From a virus (taxonomy: Duplodnaviria; Heunggongvirae; Uroviricota; Caudoviricetes), in the IMG/VR virus record IMGVR_UViG_3300042341_001208: a stretch of 29,419 nucleotides of DNA. One strand, written 5' to 3'. Of this stretch, positions 7,457 through 15,288 are shown in pieces; position 1 is the stretch's first letter, and the number at the start of each line of letters is the position of its first letter. The notes beneath the pieces were generated by a model. The model was not told the origin of the DNA. It did not search any database and was given only the letters and a program-made list of their open reading frames with translations. The translations under genes were made by a program, and so were the position numbers.

Positions 7457-9117
7457 GAATTAAGAAAATTGAATGGAGAAATTTTTCCTCTTACGGAAAC
7501 AGAAAGCAAGAGATTGAATTTGGAGATGAAGCATCCTTATATCAAGTAGTTGGAGAGAATGGTGCAGGTAAATCTTCCATCTCTGGAGTTATAACTTTTG
7601 GACTTTATGGTAAGCTTGAAGGAAAAAAATTAAAGGACATTCCAAATAGAATCAATGGTAATGCTTGGGTTAGGATAACCCTAGAATGCAATGGATCTGA
7701 AGTTGTAGTTGAAAGAGGGCTTGAACCTAATTTATTCAAACTCTATATTAATGGGACTGAGTATGATCAAGCTGGGGTTAGATCTGTTCAGGATTATCTA
7801 TCAGAAGACATCCTAGGAATCCCCTACTATGTGTTTAACAACACTATCTCCCTCTCTATCAATGATTTCAAATCTTTCATCAAAATGTCCTCACAGGACA
7901 AAAGAAGTATCATAGACAAGATATTTGGATTTCATGTTCTGAATCAAATGAGGGATCTTTTGAGGGATGAGAATAGAAAAATAAAAGAAACTCTAGACAA
8001 TATTGCTGGTAAATTATCCTCATTAGAATCCACTATTGGAAGTTCTCTAAATGAGATGGACAATTTAGCAAATCAATTAAAACAGGAATCTACTGATAAG
8101 AAAGGTCAGCTTCAAAAGTCTTTAGAAACGTTTGAGAATCTCCAATCTATTCATTCTAAGAAAACTGAAGAATTTAGGGAGAATGAGAACAATTTATCAA
8201 TTGAAATTTCCAATACCAATCGTTTAATAATAGAGTCTAGAACTAAAATCCAAGACACGCAGAGGAAAATAAAGCTATATGAATTGGATCAGTGTCCAAC
8301 TTGTCAGTCATCTTTGGATAGTGAATTCCACCATTGCATAAAGGATGGACTGATTGCTGAACAAGCTTCTTCCACTTTACAGCTAGATGAGCTAGCTAAA
8401 ACTATGTCAGATCTAAGAGAAAAAGAAAAAGAAGTTTTTTCTATTAAAACAGATATCTTAGACAAAGGAAGAAAAATAGAAATCAAAATTTCTGAGATTA
8501 GAAGAGATCTAAAACATCTGGAAGAAAATACAGGTGACAAACAACTTCAGTCTTTACAGAGAATTGTTGACAATTTATCAATTGAAAAGGATAAAATGTC
8601 TACCGAGTCTTTTAAAAATCAGGAAAAGAATAACTGGCTTAAAACTCTAGATGAAATCCTGGGCGAGAAAGGGGTGAAACAAATGGCAATTAGAACCATT
8701 CTTCCATCTTTAAATTCCGAGATCCTGGATCTTCTTTCTAAAATGCACTTGGATTATCAAGTAGTATTTGACGAGGAATTTAATGCTACTATTTACCACA
8801 TGGGGGTAGAGATAGCAACCCAGACTTTAAGCACTGGAGAAATGAAAAAGGTCGATTTCGTAGTTCTAATAGCTATTATGAAGCTAATGAAAATGAAATT
8901 CAGCAGCATTAATCTTCTGTTCTTAGACGAGCTATTCAGTTCGGTTGACCCTGATGGAGTACATTCCATTCTTAGAATTTTAAGATCAGTTTGTAAAGAG
9001 CTAGGACTTAACATTTTTGTTATCAATCACGCTCCAATGCCTCATGAAATATTTGACTGGAAATTAGAAGTTTCAAAAGCAAATAATTTCTCCTCTATTT
9101 CAATAGATAAATTTTAA
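7453..9117 (+). CDS. gp46: Recombination ATPase subunit, Rad50/SbcC (T4 gp46-like)
   Basis: Walker A GENGAGKSS, coiled coil with a CPTC zinc hook, signature LSTGE, Walker B LFLDE, H-loop INH. Confidence 0.95.
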   Translation: MRIKKIEWRNFSSYGNRKQEIEFGDEASLYQVVGENGAGKSSISGVITFGLYGKLEGKKLKDIPNRINGNAWVRITLECNGSEVVVERGLEPNLFKLYINGTEYDQAGVRSVQDYLSEDILGIPYYVFNNTISLSINDFKSFIKMSSQDKRSIIDKIFGFHVLNQMRDLLRDENRKIKETLDNIAGKLSSLESTIGSSLNEMDNLANQLKQESTDKKGQLQKSLETFENLQSIHSKKTEEFRENENNLSIEISNTNRLIIESRTKIQDTQRKIKLYELDQCPTCQSSLDSEFHHCIKDGLIAEQASSTLQLDELAKTMSDLREKEKEVFSIKTDILDKGRKIEIKISEIRRDLKHLEENTGDKQLQSLQRIVDNLSIEKDKMSTESFKNQEKNNWLKTLDEILGEKGVKQMAIRTILPSLNSEILDLLSKMHLDYQVVFDEEFNATIYHMGVEIATQTLSTGEMKKVDFVVLIAIMKLMKMKFSSINLLFLDELFSSVDPDGVHSILRILRSVCKELGLNIFVINHAPMPHEIFDWKLEVSKANNFSSISIDKF

Positions 9118-9120
9118 TTA

Positions 9121-9179
9121 GAAGCCTTTAAAAATTCCAGATATATAGTCTAAATAAATCTGGAATTTTGAAGCCTTTA
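9121..9179. repeat. 12-bp perfect inverted repeat flanked exactly by a 10-bp direct repeat
   Basis: GAAGCCTTTA (9121-9130), AAAATTCCAGAT (9131-9142), 15-nt loop, ATCTGGAATTTT (9158-9169), GAAGCCTTTA (9170-9179). Confidence 0.85.
9140..9148 (+). promoter_or_regulatory. GATATATAG motif (putative late promoter)
   Basis: Lies 19 nt upstream of the TTG start at 9168, at the switch from replication genes to virion genes. Confidence 0.55.
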
Positions 9180-10034
9180 TACAGTAGATCACAAAATTTA
9201 AAAGTTACTAAAACAGAACTAGCCAAATTAGGTCTCACTTCTGTTCAAGCGACTATGATCGAGCCTAATACTCAAGGTCTCGGTTTATTGGGGATTGGGT
9301 ATTTAAAACCTCTTCCTGATGTTCCTACTGATTACCAAGCAGTAACCAATTCTAAAGGAAATCCCGTTTATTCGAAAACTACAGTTCAGACTTATTCCAT
9401 ATTTTTTGCTCAATATGAGAACACTTATATTCCGGAAGGAGATGAAAAATTATATTCCTTTGTTGCAGTAAGAACACTAAATCCTATTACCTCAAGTGAT
9501 TGTGCAAAACAACTTGGAATGAAACAATCTAATGTTTATGGGTTAACCCTTAGTGAATATGAGGCTGGAACTTTTCAACATCCAGTTTATCTCAATCAAA
9601 ATAAAGAACCATTAACTTTTAATTATACAGATATTCCTGTTATGCTTCAAACTGTTCCAGGAAGGCTTGATAATGTTCCTATTGGTGCACCTAATTTCCC
9701 ACTAACTCCTAACAGAATTGCTAGCCAGCTTGGAATGCTACCTCAACCACCATACCCAGATTTTGTTACCTCTTTTGGTCAAACTGGGGGAACTGCAATT
9801 TCTGCCGGAGGAACTGTTGGATTTAGAGATGCTTCTCTAATGGTTCCTACTACAGTTCAGCCTACCGCATGGAATTGGAACTTTGGACCATCTGCTTCCC
9901 CTACAGGAAGTACCGCACAAAATCCAAGTTCGGTAACTTATGGATCTACTGGAAGCTTTAGCGTAACTCTAACCGCTTATAATGCCTATGGATCCAAATC
10001 AATAACTAAACAAAACTTTGTAATCGTATCATAA
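9168..10034 (+). CDS. Putative virion protein with a C-terminal PKD domain (TTG start)
   Basis: VGFRDAS...PTAWNWNFG...STAQNPS.VTYGSTGSFSVTLTAYNAYG is a canonical PKD signature. It is the first gene of the tail block. Confidence 0.8.
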   Translation: MKPLYSRSQNLKVTKTELAKLGLTSVQATMIEPNTQGLGLLGIGYLKPLPDVPTDYQAVTNSKGNPVYSKTTVQTYSIFFAQYENTYIPEGDEKLYSFVAVRTLNPITSSDCAKQLGMKQSNVYGLTLSEYEAGTFQHPVYLNQNKEPLTFNYTDIPVMLQTVPGRLDNVPIGAPNFPLTPNRIASQLGMLPQPPYPDFVTSFGQTGGTAISAGGTVGFRDASLMVPTTVQPTAWNWNFGPSASPTGSTAQNPSSVTYGSTGSFSVTLTAYNAYGSKSITKQNFVIVS

Positions 10035-10035
10035 A

Positions 10036-11163
10036 ATGTCGGGATTTTTAGAAAAATATAATATAGACGAGGTATTCCTAAGGGGAATTATCGTTGGACT
10101 TCTCAGAAGCTTAAATGAAAAAGTAACCTACACTCAGATTAATGAACAACAAGAAATATTGGAAGTTTACATTCCTTTTTTCTATTCAATGTCTGGAGAC
10201 GAATCTTTTTTACAGGACTTCTATTTAGACTATTTAGATTGTGACGGAAATTCTCCTTTTGCAGAGGGTAACTATGATATTATTCCTAGAGGAGTAGTAA
10301 CTTTTACTGGGGTTAATATAGATACAGCTTCAATAACAAATGGATTTGTAAGGGCAACTTATAACATTGAAACGGTAGAGGGACAGATGAAAGCATTTTC
10401 TGCTTATACGTCTTCTATTCCTCTTAGTATGACCTTTGATATAAAACTGAGAGCAGATACTTTATTAGATACATTTAAAATTTTCCAATCTGTAATTCAA
10501 ACTTTCTATAAAGTTTATAGTTTTAATGTTGAGTTTGGAGGAATGAGGGTTCCGGTTCAAGTTGGATTTCCTGAGCAATATCAAAATGACAAGCAATTAG
10601 AATTTACCTATTCAAATACACAAAAGTGGATCGAAACCAATTTTTCCATTCAAGTTGAAACTTATTATCCTCAGAAGGACATTGCAACTGAGAGATTTAG
10701 AGGAAATCTAATGCAAGCTGGAATTAAACTTAAACTTTCTATAGGGGATACTGTAATTGGAAGTTCAAGTTTATTTACAACTCCTGCTAATTCTAGTACC
10801 CCTGGCCTTCCTAGCCCAACTTCAAACTTACCTACTGTTTCTGTTCCAGCTAGCTCAACAGGAATAACTTTAAATCAAATCTCGGGATATTACATTAGTG
10901 AAGATTCTGTGAATGCTCAATTTGCTTCCCTTCAGATGTTCACAGGAGCCGGGGTAATTCCGGTAACTGCTCCTTACATAACTTACATAGATATGACACC
11001 TTTGGATATTTCCAATAAGGTTTTAGGGATAAATTTATTCATCACTGTTTCTTGTTCTTCTTTAGCGGGTAATGTGATAGCTACCAATGTTTCCGGATCA
11101 ACAATTACTTTTGAATCCAGCGTATCTGGGGTAGATTTTTATTTTACCGGGATATATACTTAA
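10036..11163 (+). CDS. gp15: Tail sheath stabiliser / tail completion protein (T4 gp15-like) with a Ser/Thr/Pro-rich C-terminal extension
   Basis: VYIPFFYSMSGDESF...IIPRGVVTF...IPLSMTFDIKLR...FQSVIQTF...VPV...IETNFSIQVETYYP follows the gp15/gp3 tail-terminator pattern (VP..Y...E.F; PR; P....F; L...EQI..F). Confidence 0.7.
   Translation: MSGFLEKYNIDEVFLRGIIVGLLRSLNEKVTYTQINEQQEILEVYIPFFYSMSGDESFLQDFYLDYLDCDGNSPFAEGNYDIIPRGVVTFTGVNIDTASITNGFVRATYNIETVEGQMKAFSAYTSSIPLSMTFDIKLRADTLLDTFKIFQSVIQTFYKVYSFNVEFGGMRVPVQVGFPEQYQNDKQLEFTYSNTQKWIETNFSIQVETYYPQKDIATERFRGNLMQAGIKLKLSIGDTVIGSSSLFTTPANSSTPGLPSPTSNLPTVSVPASSTGITLNQISGYYISEDSVNAQFASLQMFTGAGVIPVTAPYITYIDMTPLDISNKVLGINLFITVSCSSLAGNVIATNVSGSTITFESSVSGVDFYFTGIYT
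11151..11159 (+). promoter_or_regulatory. GATATATAC motif (putative late promoter)
   Basis: Lies within the last codons of the gp15-like gene, 18 nt upstream of the GTG at 11178. Confidence 0.5.
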
Positions 11164-11177
11164 AATAATTTTTAGAT

Positions 11178-11492
11178 GTGTCCGTAAATTCTCCAAATAA
11201 TCCGATTTTAGAACCAGGTCTTAGTGTTAGAATTATCGATGGTTCCACTAGTCAAACTTTTGATACCCTATATTTTGTAGGAACCTCGAATAACTATGTT
11301 AAAAAATCTGCTAAAAGCGAGACTATTAACTATTCAACATTTGGAAACTTCTGGACTAAGCAGATTTCAGTGGAGAGTAATTTTAGGGATATTCTAGACG
11401 GGGGAGATTCTGCACCAGGAACAGCACAGTTCTTCGGTCCAATCATAGGAGGGGAATTCCCAACACAAACAAGATTATTAAACAACATATAA
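11178..11492 (+). CDS. Hypothetical, probably virion-associated protein, 104 aa (GTG start)
   Basis: Beta-rich and Ser/Thr-rich, with a DILDGGDS motif of the kind seen in phage fibre-associated proteins. Sits between gp15 and the mini-fibre gene. Confidence 0.65.
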   Translation: MSVNSPNNPILEPGLSVRIIDGSTSQTFDTLYFVGTSNNYVKKSAKSETINYSTFGNFWTKQISVESNFRDILDGGDSAPGTAQFFGPIIGGEFPTQTRLLNNI

Positions 11493-11498
11493 AAGAAA

Positions 11499-11861
11499 AT
11501 GGCTTATAGAATACAATTTAGAAGAGATACATCTACAAACTGGGATAGTAACAATCCTATCCTTTTACAAGGAGAGTTTGGCTATGAACTTGATACCGGA
11601 TTTGCTAAAATTGGTGACGGATCCTCTACATGGGATCAATTAACTTATTTTGGAGGAACAGGTCCAACTGGACCAACTGGTTCAACTGGACCAACTGGTT
11701 CAACTGGTGTAACCGGATCAACTGGACCTTCTGTTTCTTCTCTAGCTCCTGGATCGTCGGGTGCTACCGGAACAACCGGAGAATTAGCTCTGGATACAAA
11801 CTATCTTTACGTTTGTGTTGGAACAAATACTTGGAAAAGAACCCAGATAACAGGCTGGTAA
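11499..11861 (+). CDS. Short tail-fibre-like protein: Mtd_N-type N-terminal domain, collagen-like G-X-T repeats, small C-terminal module
   Basis: [46 protein letters not shown] is the Mtd N-terminal domain pattern. It is followed by nine G-X-Y triplets and then [21 protein letters not shown]. Confidence 0.85.
   Translation: MAYRIQFRRDTSTNWDSNNPILLQGEFGYELDTGFAKIGDGSSTWDQLTYFGGTGPTGPTGSTGPTGSTGVTGSTGPSVSSLAPGSSGATGTTGELALDTNYLYVCVGTNTWKRTQITGW
11652..11732 (+). repeat. Coding tandem repeat: 9-bp G-X-T units, including two perfect copies of GGACCAACTGGTTCAACT (11670-11705)
   Basis: Encodes [27 protein letters not shown]. Confidence 0.9.
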
Positions 11862-11881
11862 TTTTTTAATAATGAATATTT

Positions 11882-11906
11882 AAAAGCCCTTTATTGGGGC
11901 TTTTTT
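11882..11906 (+). terminator. Intrinsic terminator ending the tail block
   Basis: Stem AAAAGCCC(T), loop TTATT, (G)GGGCTTTT followed by a T tract, about 20 nt after the stop at 11861. Confidence 0.85.
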
Positions 11907-11908
11907 GT

Positions 11909-11934
11909 GAAACAATTCTTAGCAGTAAACTATA
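11909..11934 (+). promoter_or_regulatory. Bipartite GAAACAAT-N10-AAACTATA motif (putative promoter of the glycan operon)
   Basis: Lies immediately after the terminator, 22 nt upstream of the ATG at 11957, and matches 3064-3088. Confidence 0.55.
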
Positions 11935-11956
11935 ATAGATAATAAATTATAGAATT

Positions 11957-12232
11957 ATGTCAGAACCAATAAAATTATCTCAAGAAGAATTAGATTCAAT
12001 TAAAGATCTAAGAGAAAAAATAAGATCTAACGTTGAAAAAATCGGAAGACTTAACATCAAAAGACACTTTACAGAGACCGAGTTGAATTTGATTAAAATG
12101 GATATAGATACGGAATATCTAGAAACAGAAGAATTGAGTAGACAGGAATCTAAAATTGTTGATTCTATCATAGCGAAATATGGTGATGGTGATTTAGACT
12201 TCACTACAGGTATCTACACTCCAAGATCTTAA
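11957..12232 (+). CDS. Small coiled-coil protein, 91 aa, first gene of the glycan operon
   Basis: Heptad-like charged helices ending in a KYGDGDLDFTTGIYTP beta-hairpin-like tail. Function unknown. Confidence 0.75.
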   Translation: MSEPIKLSQEELDSIKDLREKIRSNVEKIGRLNIKRHFTETELNLIKMDIDTEYLETEELSRQESKIVDSIIAKYGDGDLDFTTGIYTPRS

Positions 12233-12251
12233 TTTTTCTAACAACCAATTT

Positions 12252-14567
12252 GTGAGTAAAATAAAAATTTATGCACATGGGTCGTACATAGGAAATACCG
12301 GGTACAATCACCATACACGAGATTTTTTTAGATCTCTTTCTAAATATTTTCCGATCAAATTTAGAAATTTTACTGTAGGTGATTCTTGGAAAGGTCTAAG
12401 CGAAACCCCGCATGACGAAGAAGATTATCTAGATGACTTAGATAAAAATTTATTATACAGTCAAAGATTGTGGGTAGGGGAAGGTCGAATGGAGGATTTT
12501 AAAATATATCCTTCTTCAGAAAAAGAATTTGGAGCCGATCTTAATATAGTTCTAAATGAATCAAATCATTATTTATATTACGAAAAATATTCAGGACCCA
12601 AAATAGCATATAATGTTTGGGAATCAACCAGACAGACTGAAGAATTTTTTAAAAAATTAATATTATTTGATGAGATATGGGTTCCTAGTAAATGGCAAAG
12701 AGATTGTACTATAGATCAAGGAGCAAATCCAGACCAAGTTAAAGTTGTTCCTGAAGGAGTGGATGTTGATACTTTTTATCCAGAATCTGTTGATTTGCTT
12801 GACGAGTACAAGGATAAAAGATTTAAATTTCTTTTAATGGGAAGATGGGACTATAGAAAATCTACTAAAGAAATTATAGAAACTTTTCTAAAAACATTTT
12901 CACCGGAGGAACCCATAGATATTGTTGTCTCAATTGATAACATGTGGGGAGAAGAAATGGATGGATTTAAAACCACAGAGGAAAGACTAAAAAACTATGG
13001 ACTTTTGGATCCTAGAATTAAAATAATACACTTTCCAAAAAGAGAGGATTACATAAAATACCTTAAAACCGGACATGTCTTTCTTTCGTGTGCTAGATCT
13101 GAAGGATGGAATTTACCTTTGATTGAGGCCATGGCCTGTGGAACACCTTCTATCTATTCTGAGTGTTGCGCTCAGATGGAATTTGCAGAAGGTAAAGGAT
13201 TACCTGTTAAAATAATAGGGGAAAAGCCTGCAAATCAAAACACCTACGGCAGATACAGTATGGGTGATCTCCCAGGTAATTACTATGAACCGGATTTTAT
13301 TGATCTTTCTAGAGTTATGAGAGATGCCTATGAAAATTATGAATTTCACAAAAGTAAAGCTGTAGAAGAAAGTGTCGAGTTAAGAAGAAATTTTTCTTGG
13401 GAAGAGATTGCTAAAATAGGAAAATCAACAATAGAAGATTTTGTCGTAAAAGTAAATCAGCCCGGATACAATAAGAACAAAGACACTAATTCAATTCATA
13501 TTTCTTATTTAGATGGACCAAAGGTTGAGATTACTGGAGATTTTGAGTCTTCGTATCATATAGAGTTTATTGATTCTAAAACCGAGAAGATCATTCATTC
13601 GGAAACAATAACTAATAATATGTGGTGTGTTTGTTCAAGAAAATATTACACAGATTGGGTAATTAAGATCAACGGTAAAGTTGTTGACACTTTTGGACTT
13701 GAGGGTAAAAGAGTTTTAATTTCTTTTGAGTCTAAATCTATTGGGGATACAATTGCATGGGCTCCTTATGTAGTAGACTTCGAAAAAAAACACAAATGCA
13801 AGATTATATTATCTACATTTCATAATGACTGGTTTAAGGGGGTTAAAGAATACTCTAATTTTGAATTTATATCCCCCGGAAGTAACACAAATTGTTATGT
13901 TGTTTATAGAATTGGATGGTTTAGATCTAATGGAGGTAGATGGGACGATTTTAATTCATACCCAAATCCATTAAATTCACAGCCTCTCCAAAAGACATCT
14001 TCTGATATTTTGGGATTAGAATTTGAGGAAAGAAATTATGGAATTAATTTTACTCCGAGAAAAAATCCTATGACTGAAAAATATGTTGTAATTGCCCCGG
14101 AGTCTACCGCAGGATGTAAAGAATGGACTAGAGAAGGATGGGAAATTCTAACAAAGATGCTAACTGAAACTGGGATTCAGGTAATTTGTTTAACTCAAAA
14201 ACCATATTTTATTAAAGGAGCCCGTTGTATACATGGCAAAAATTTGGAAGAATCTATTAATATACTGTATCACTCCGAATATTTGATCGGACTGAGTTCA
14301 GGTCTTTCCTGGATTAATTGGTCGCTAAAAAAACACACAGTTATGATTAGTGGATTTACTGCTAAGGATCACGAATTTAAAACTAATATAACTAGAATAC
14401 AAAATTCAAATGCTTGTAATTCTTGTTGGGAAAATACAAATTTTATTTTTGATACTGGAGACTGGGATTGGTGTCCAGTCTGGAAGGGAACAGATAAACA
14501 ACACATTTGCTCAAAATCTATATCACCAATAACAGTATTTAATTTATTACCAGAGATAAAAAAATGA
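12252..14567 (+). CDS. Fusion of a GT4 glycosyltransferase and an autotransporter heptosyltransferase (TibC/AAH, BAHT-like) domain (GTG start)
   Basis: N-terminal half has GT4 motifs (GRWDYRK, SEGWNLPLIEAMACGTP). C-terminal half has SIGDTIAWAPY (D499), KEW, IGLSSGLSWINW and the iron finger C722-x2-C725-x15-C741-x11-C753. Confidence 0.85.
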   Translation: MSKIKIYAHGSYIGNTGYNHHTRDFFRSLSKYFPIKFRNFTVGDSWKGLSETPHDEEDYLDDLDKNLLYSQRLWVGEGRMEDFKIYPSSEKEFGADLNIVLNESNHYLYYEKYSGPKIAYNVWESTRQTEEFFKKLILFDEIWVPSKWQRDCTIDQGANPDQVKVVPEGVDVDTFYPESVDLLDEYKDKRFKFLLMGRWDYRKSTKEIIETFLKTFSPEEPIDIVVSIDNMWGEEMDGFKTTEERLKNYGLLDPRIKIIHFPKREDYIKYLKTGHVFLSCARSEGWNLPLIEAMACGTPSIYSECCAQMEFAEGKGLPVKIIGEKPANQNTYGRYSMGDLPGNYYEPDFIDLSRVMRDAYENYEFHKSKAVEESVELRRNFSWEEIAKIGKSTIEDFVVKVNQPGYNKNKDTNSIHISYLDGPKVEITGDFESSYHIEFIDSKTEKIIHSETITNNMWCVCSRKYYTDWVIKINGKVVDTFGLEGKRVLISFESKSIGDTIAWAPYVVDFEKKHKCKIILSTFHNDWFKGVKEYSNFEFISPGSNTNCYVVYRIGWFRSNGGRWDDFNSYPNPLNSQPLQKTSSDILGLEFEERNYGINFTPRKNPMTEKYVVIAPESTAGCKEWTREGWEILTKMLTETGIQVICLTQKPYFIKGARCIHGKNLEESINILYHSEYLIGLSSGLSWINWSLKKHTVMISGFTAKDHEFKTNITRIQNSNACNSCWENTNFIFDTGDWDWCPVWKGTDKQHICSKSISPITVFNLLPEIKK

Positions 14568-15286
14568 TAGACATTAGTAATTTTGATTGGGGTTGGATGG
14601 ACGAGCCTTGTGAAACTTATCAAATCATGTCAGATGGGACACACAAACCAATGGGACTTTATCATAAGGATTCCATCATTAAAGAAATTTTTGAGGGGGA
14701 AAGCATATATGAATTATTTTTTGAAGTGGAGGAAAATGATATTGTTCTTGATGTAGGAGCTAGCCTAGGTCCTTTCACCAGGTCTATTTTACACAAAAAT
14801 CCAAAGCATGTATTCTGTTTTGAACCAAGCTACAGAGAATTTAAAGTGTTAGTTAAAAATACCATGGGATATCAGGTAACTCCTATCTTTAAAGGAATTT
14901 CTGATAAGAATGGGATATCGGAATCTGATATGCTCTTTGGTGGAGAATCCGAAATGGAATCTATTACATTTAAATCTTTTATTGACTTATTTGGAATTGA
15001 TAAAATAGATTTCCTTAAAACCGACTGCGAAGGAGGGGAATATGATATTTTCACTAGTGGAAATCTTCCATATATAAAAGAGAACGTAAAAAAAATAGTT
15101 GGAGAATGGCATCTTAGTACAGATGAACTTAAGACTAAATTTAGAAATTTTAGAGATCATATATTACCAAACTTCAATAAAGTTATAATTTTTTCTGTAG
15201 ACGGGATTGACATTACCTGGGATTTGTGGAATGAACACTTCATTGAATATTATACCGAAATTATAATTCACATTGACAATAGATAA
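14564..15286 (+). CDS. FkbM-family SAM-dependent methyltransferase
   Basis: Contains VLDVGASLGPF, CFEP, IDKIDFLKTDCEGGEYDIF, IVGEWH. Confidence 0.9.
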   Translation: MIDISNFDWGWMDEPCETYQIMSDGTHKPMGLYHKDSIIKEIFEGESIYELFFEVEENDIVLDVGASLGPFTRSILHKNPKHVFCFEPSYREFKVLVKNTMGYQVTPIFKGISDKNGISESDMLFGGESEMESITFKSFIDLFGIDKIDFLKTDCEGGEYDIFTSGNLPYIKENVKKIVGEWHLSTDELKTKFRNFRDHILPNFNKVIIFSVDGIDITWDLWNEHFIEYYTEIIIHIDNR

Positions 15287-15288
15287 AA

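Noticed and set aside
3112-9117. Inteins, introns or homing endonucleases in the recombinase, helicase or nuclease genes
   Set aside because: Protein lengths are normal, the motifs are contiguous, and no LAGLIDADG/HNH/GIY-YIG or intein splice motifs were seen.
9131-9169. Autonomous IS element or transposon
   Set aside because: It is only 39 bp with no transposase in the window. It is kept as a finding for its repeat geometry, not called as a mobile element.
11652-11732. CRISPR mini-array or other non-coding repeat
   Set aside because: The units are 9/18 bp, in frame, without spacers, and encode collagen-like triplets. No CRISPR array, tRNA or rRNA was recognised anywhere in the window.
11499-11861. 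Diversity-generating retroelement target (Mtd-like gene)
   Set aside because: Only the Mtd N-terminal domain is present. There is no C-type lectin variable region, template repeat, reverse transcriptase or avd gene in the window.
11178-11861. Read-through fusion of the 104-aa ORF and the mini-fibre (same frame, two codons apart)
   Set aside because: The stop is TAA with no recoding signal, and the downstream gene has a good ATG after an A-rich leader. Sharing a frame has a 1-in-3 chance.
12252-13490. T4-style DNA glucosyltransferase / hypermodified-base system
   Set aside because: There is no neighbouring hydroxymethylase, TET/JBP oxygenase or nucleotide kinase, and the GT4 is fused to a protein-glycosylating domain. 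It is kept only as an alternative to exclude by nucleoside LC-MS.
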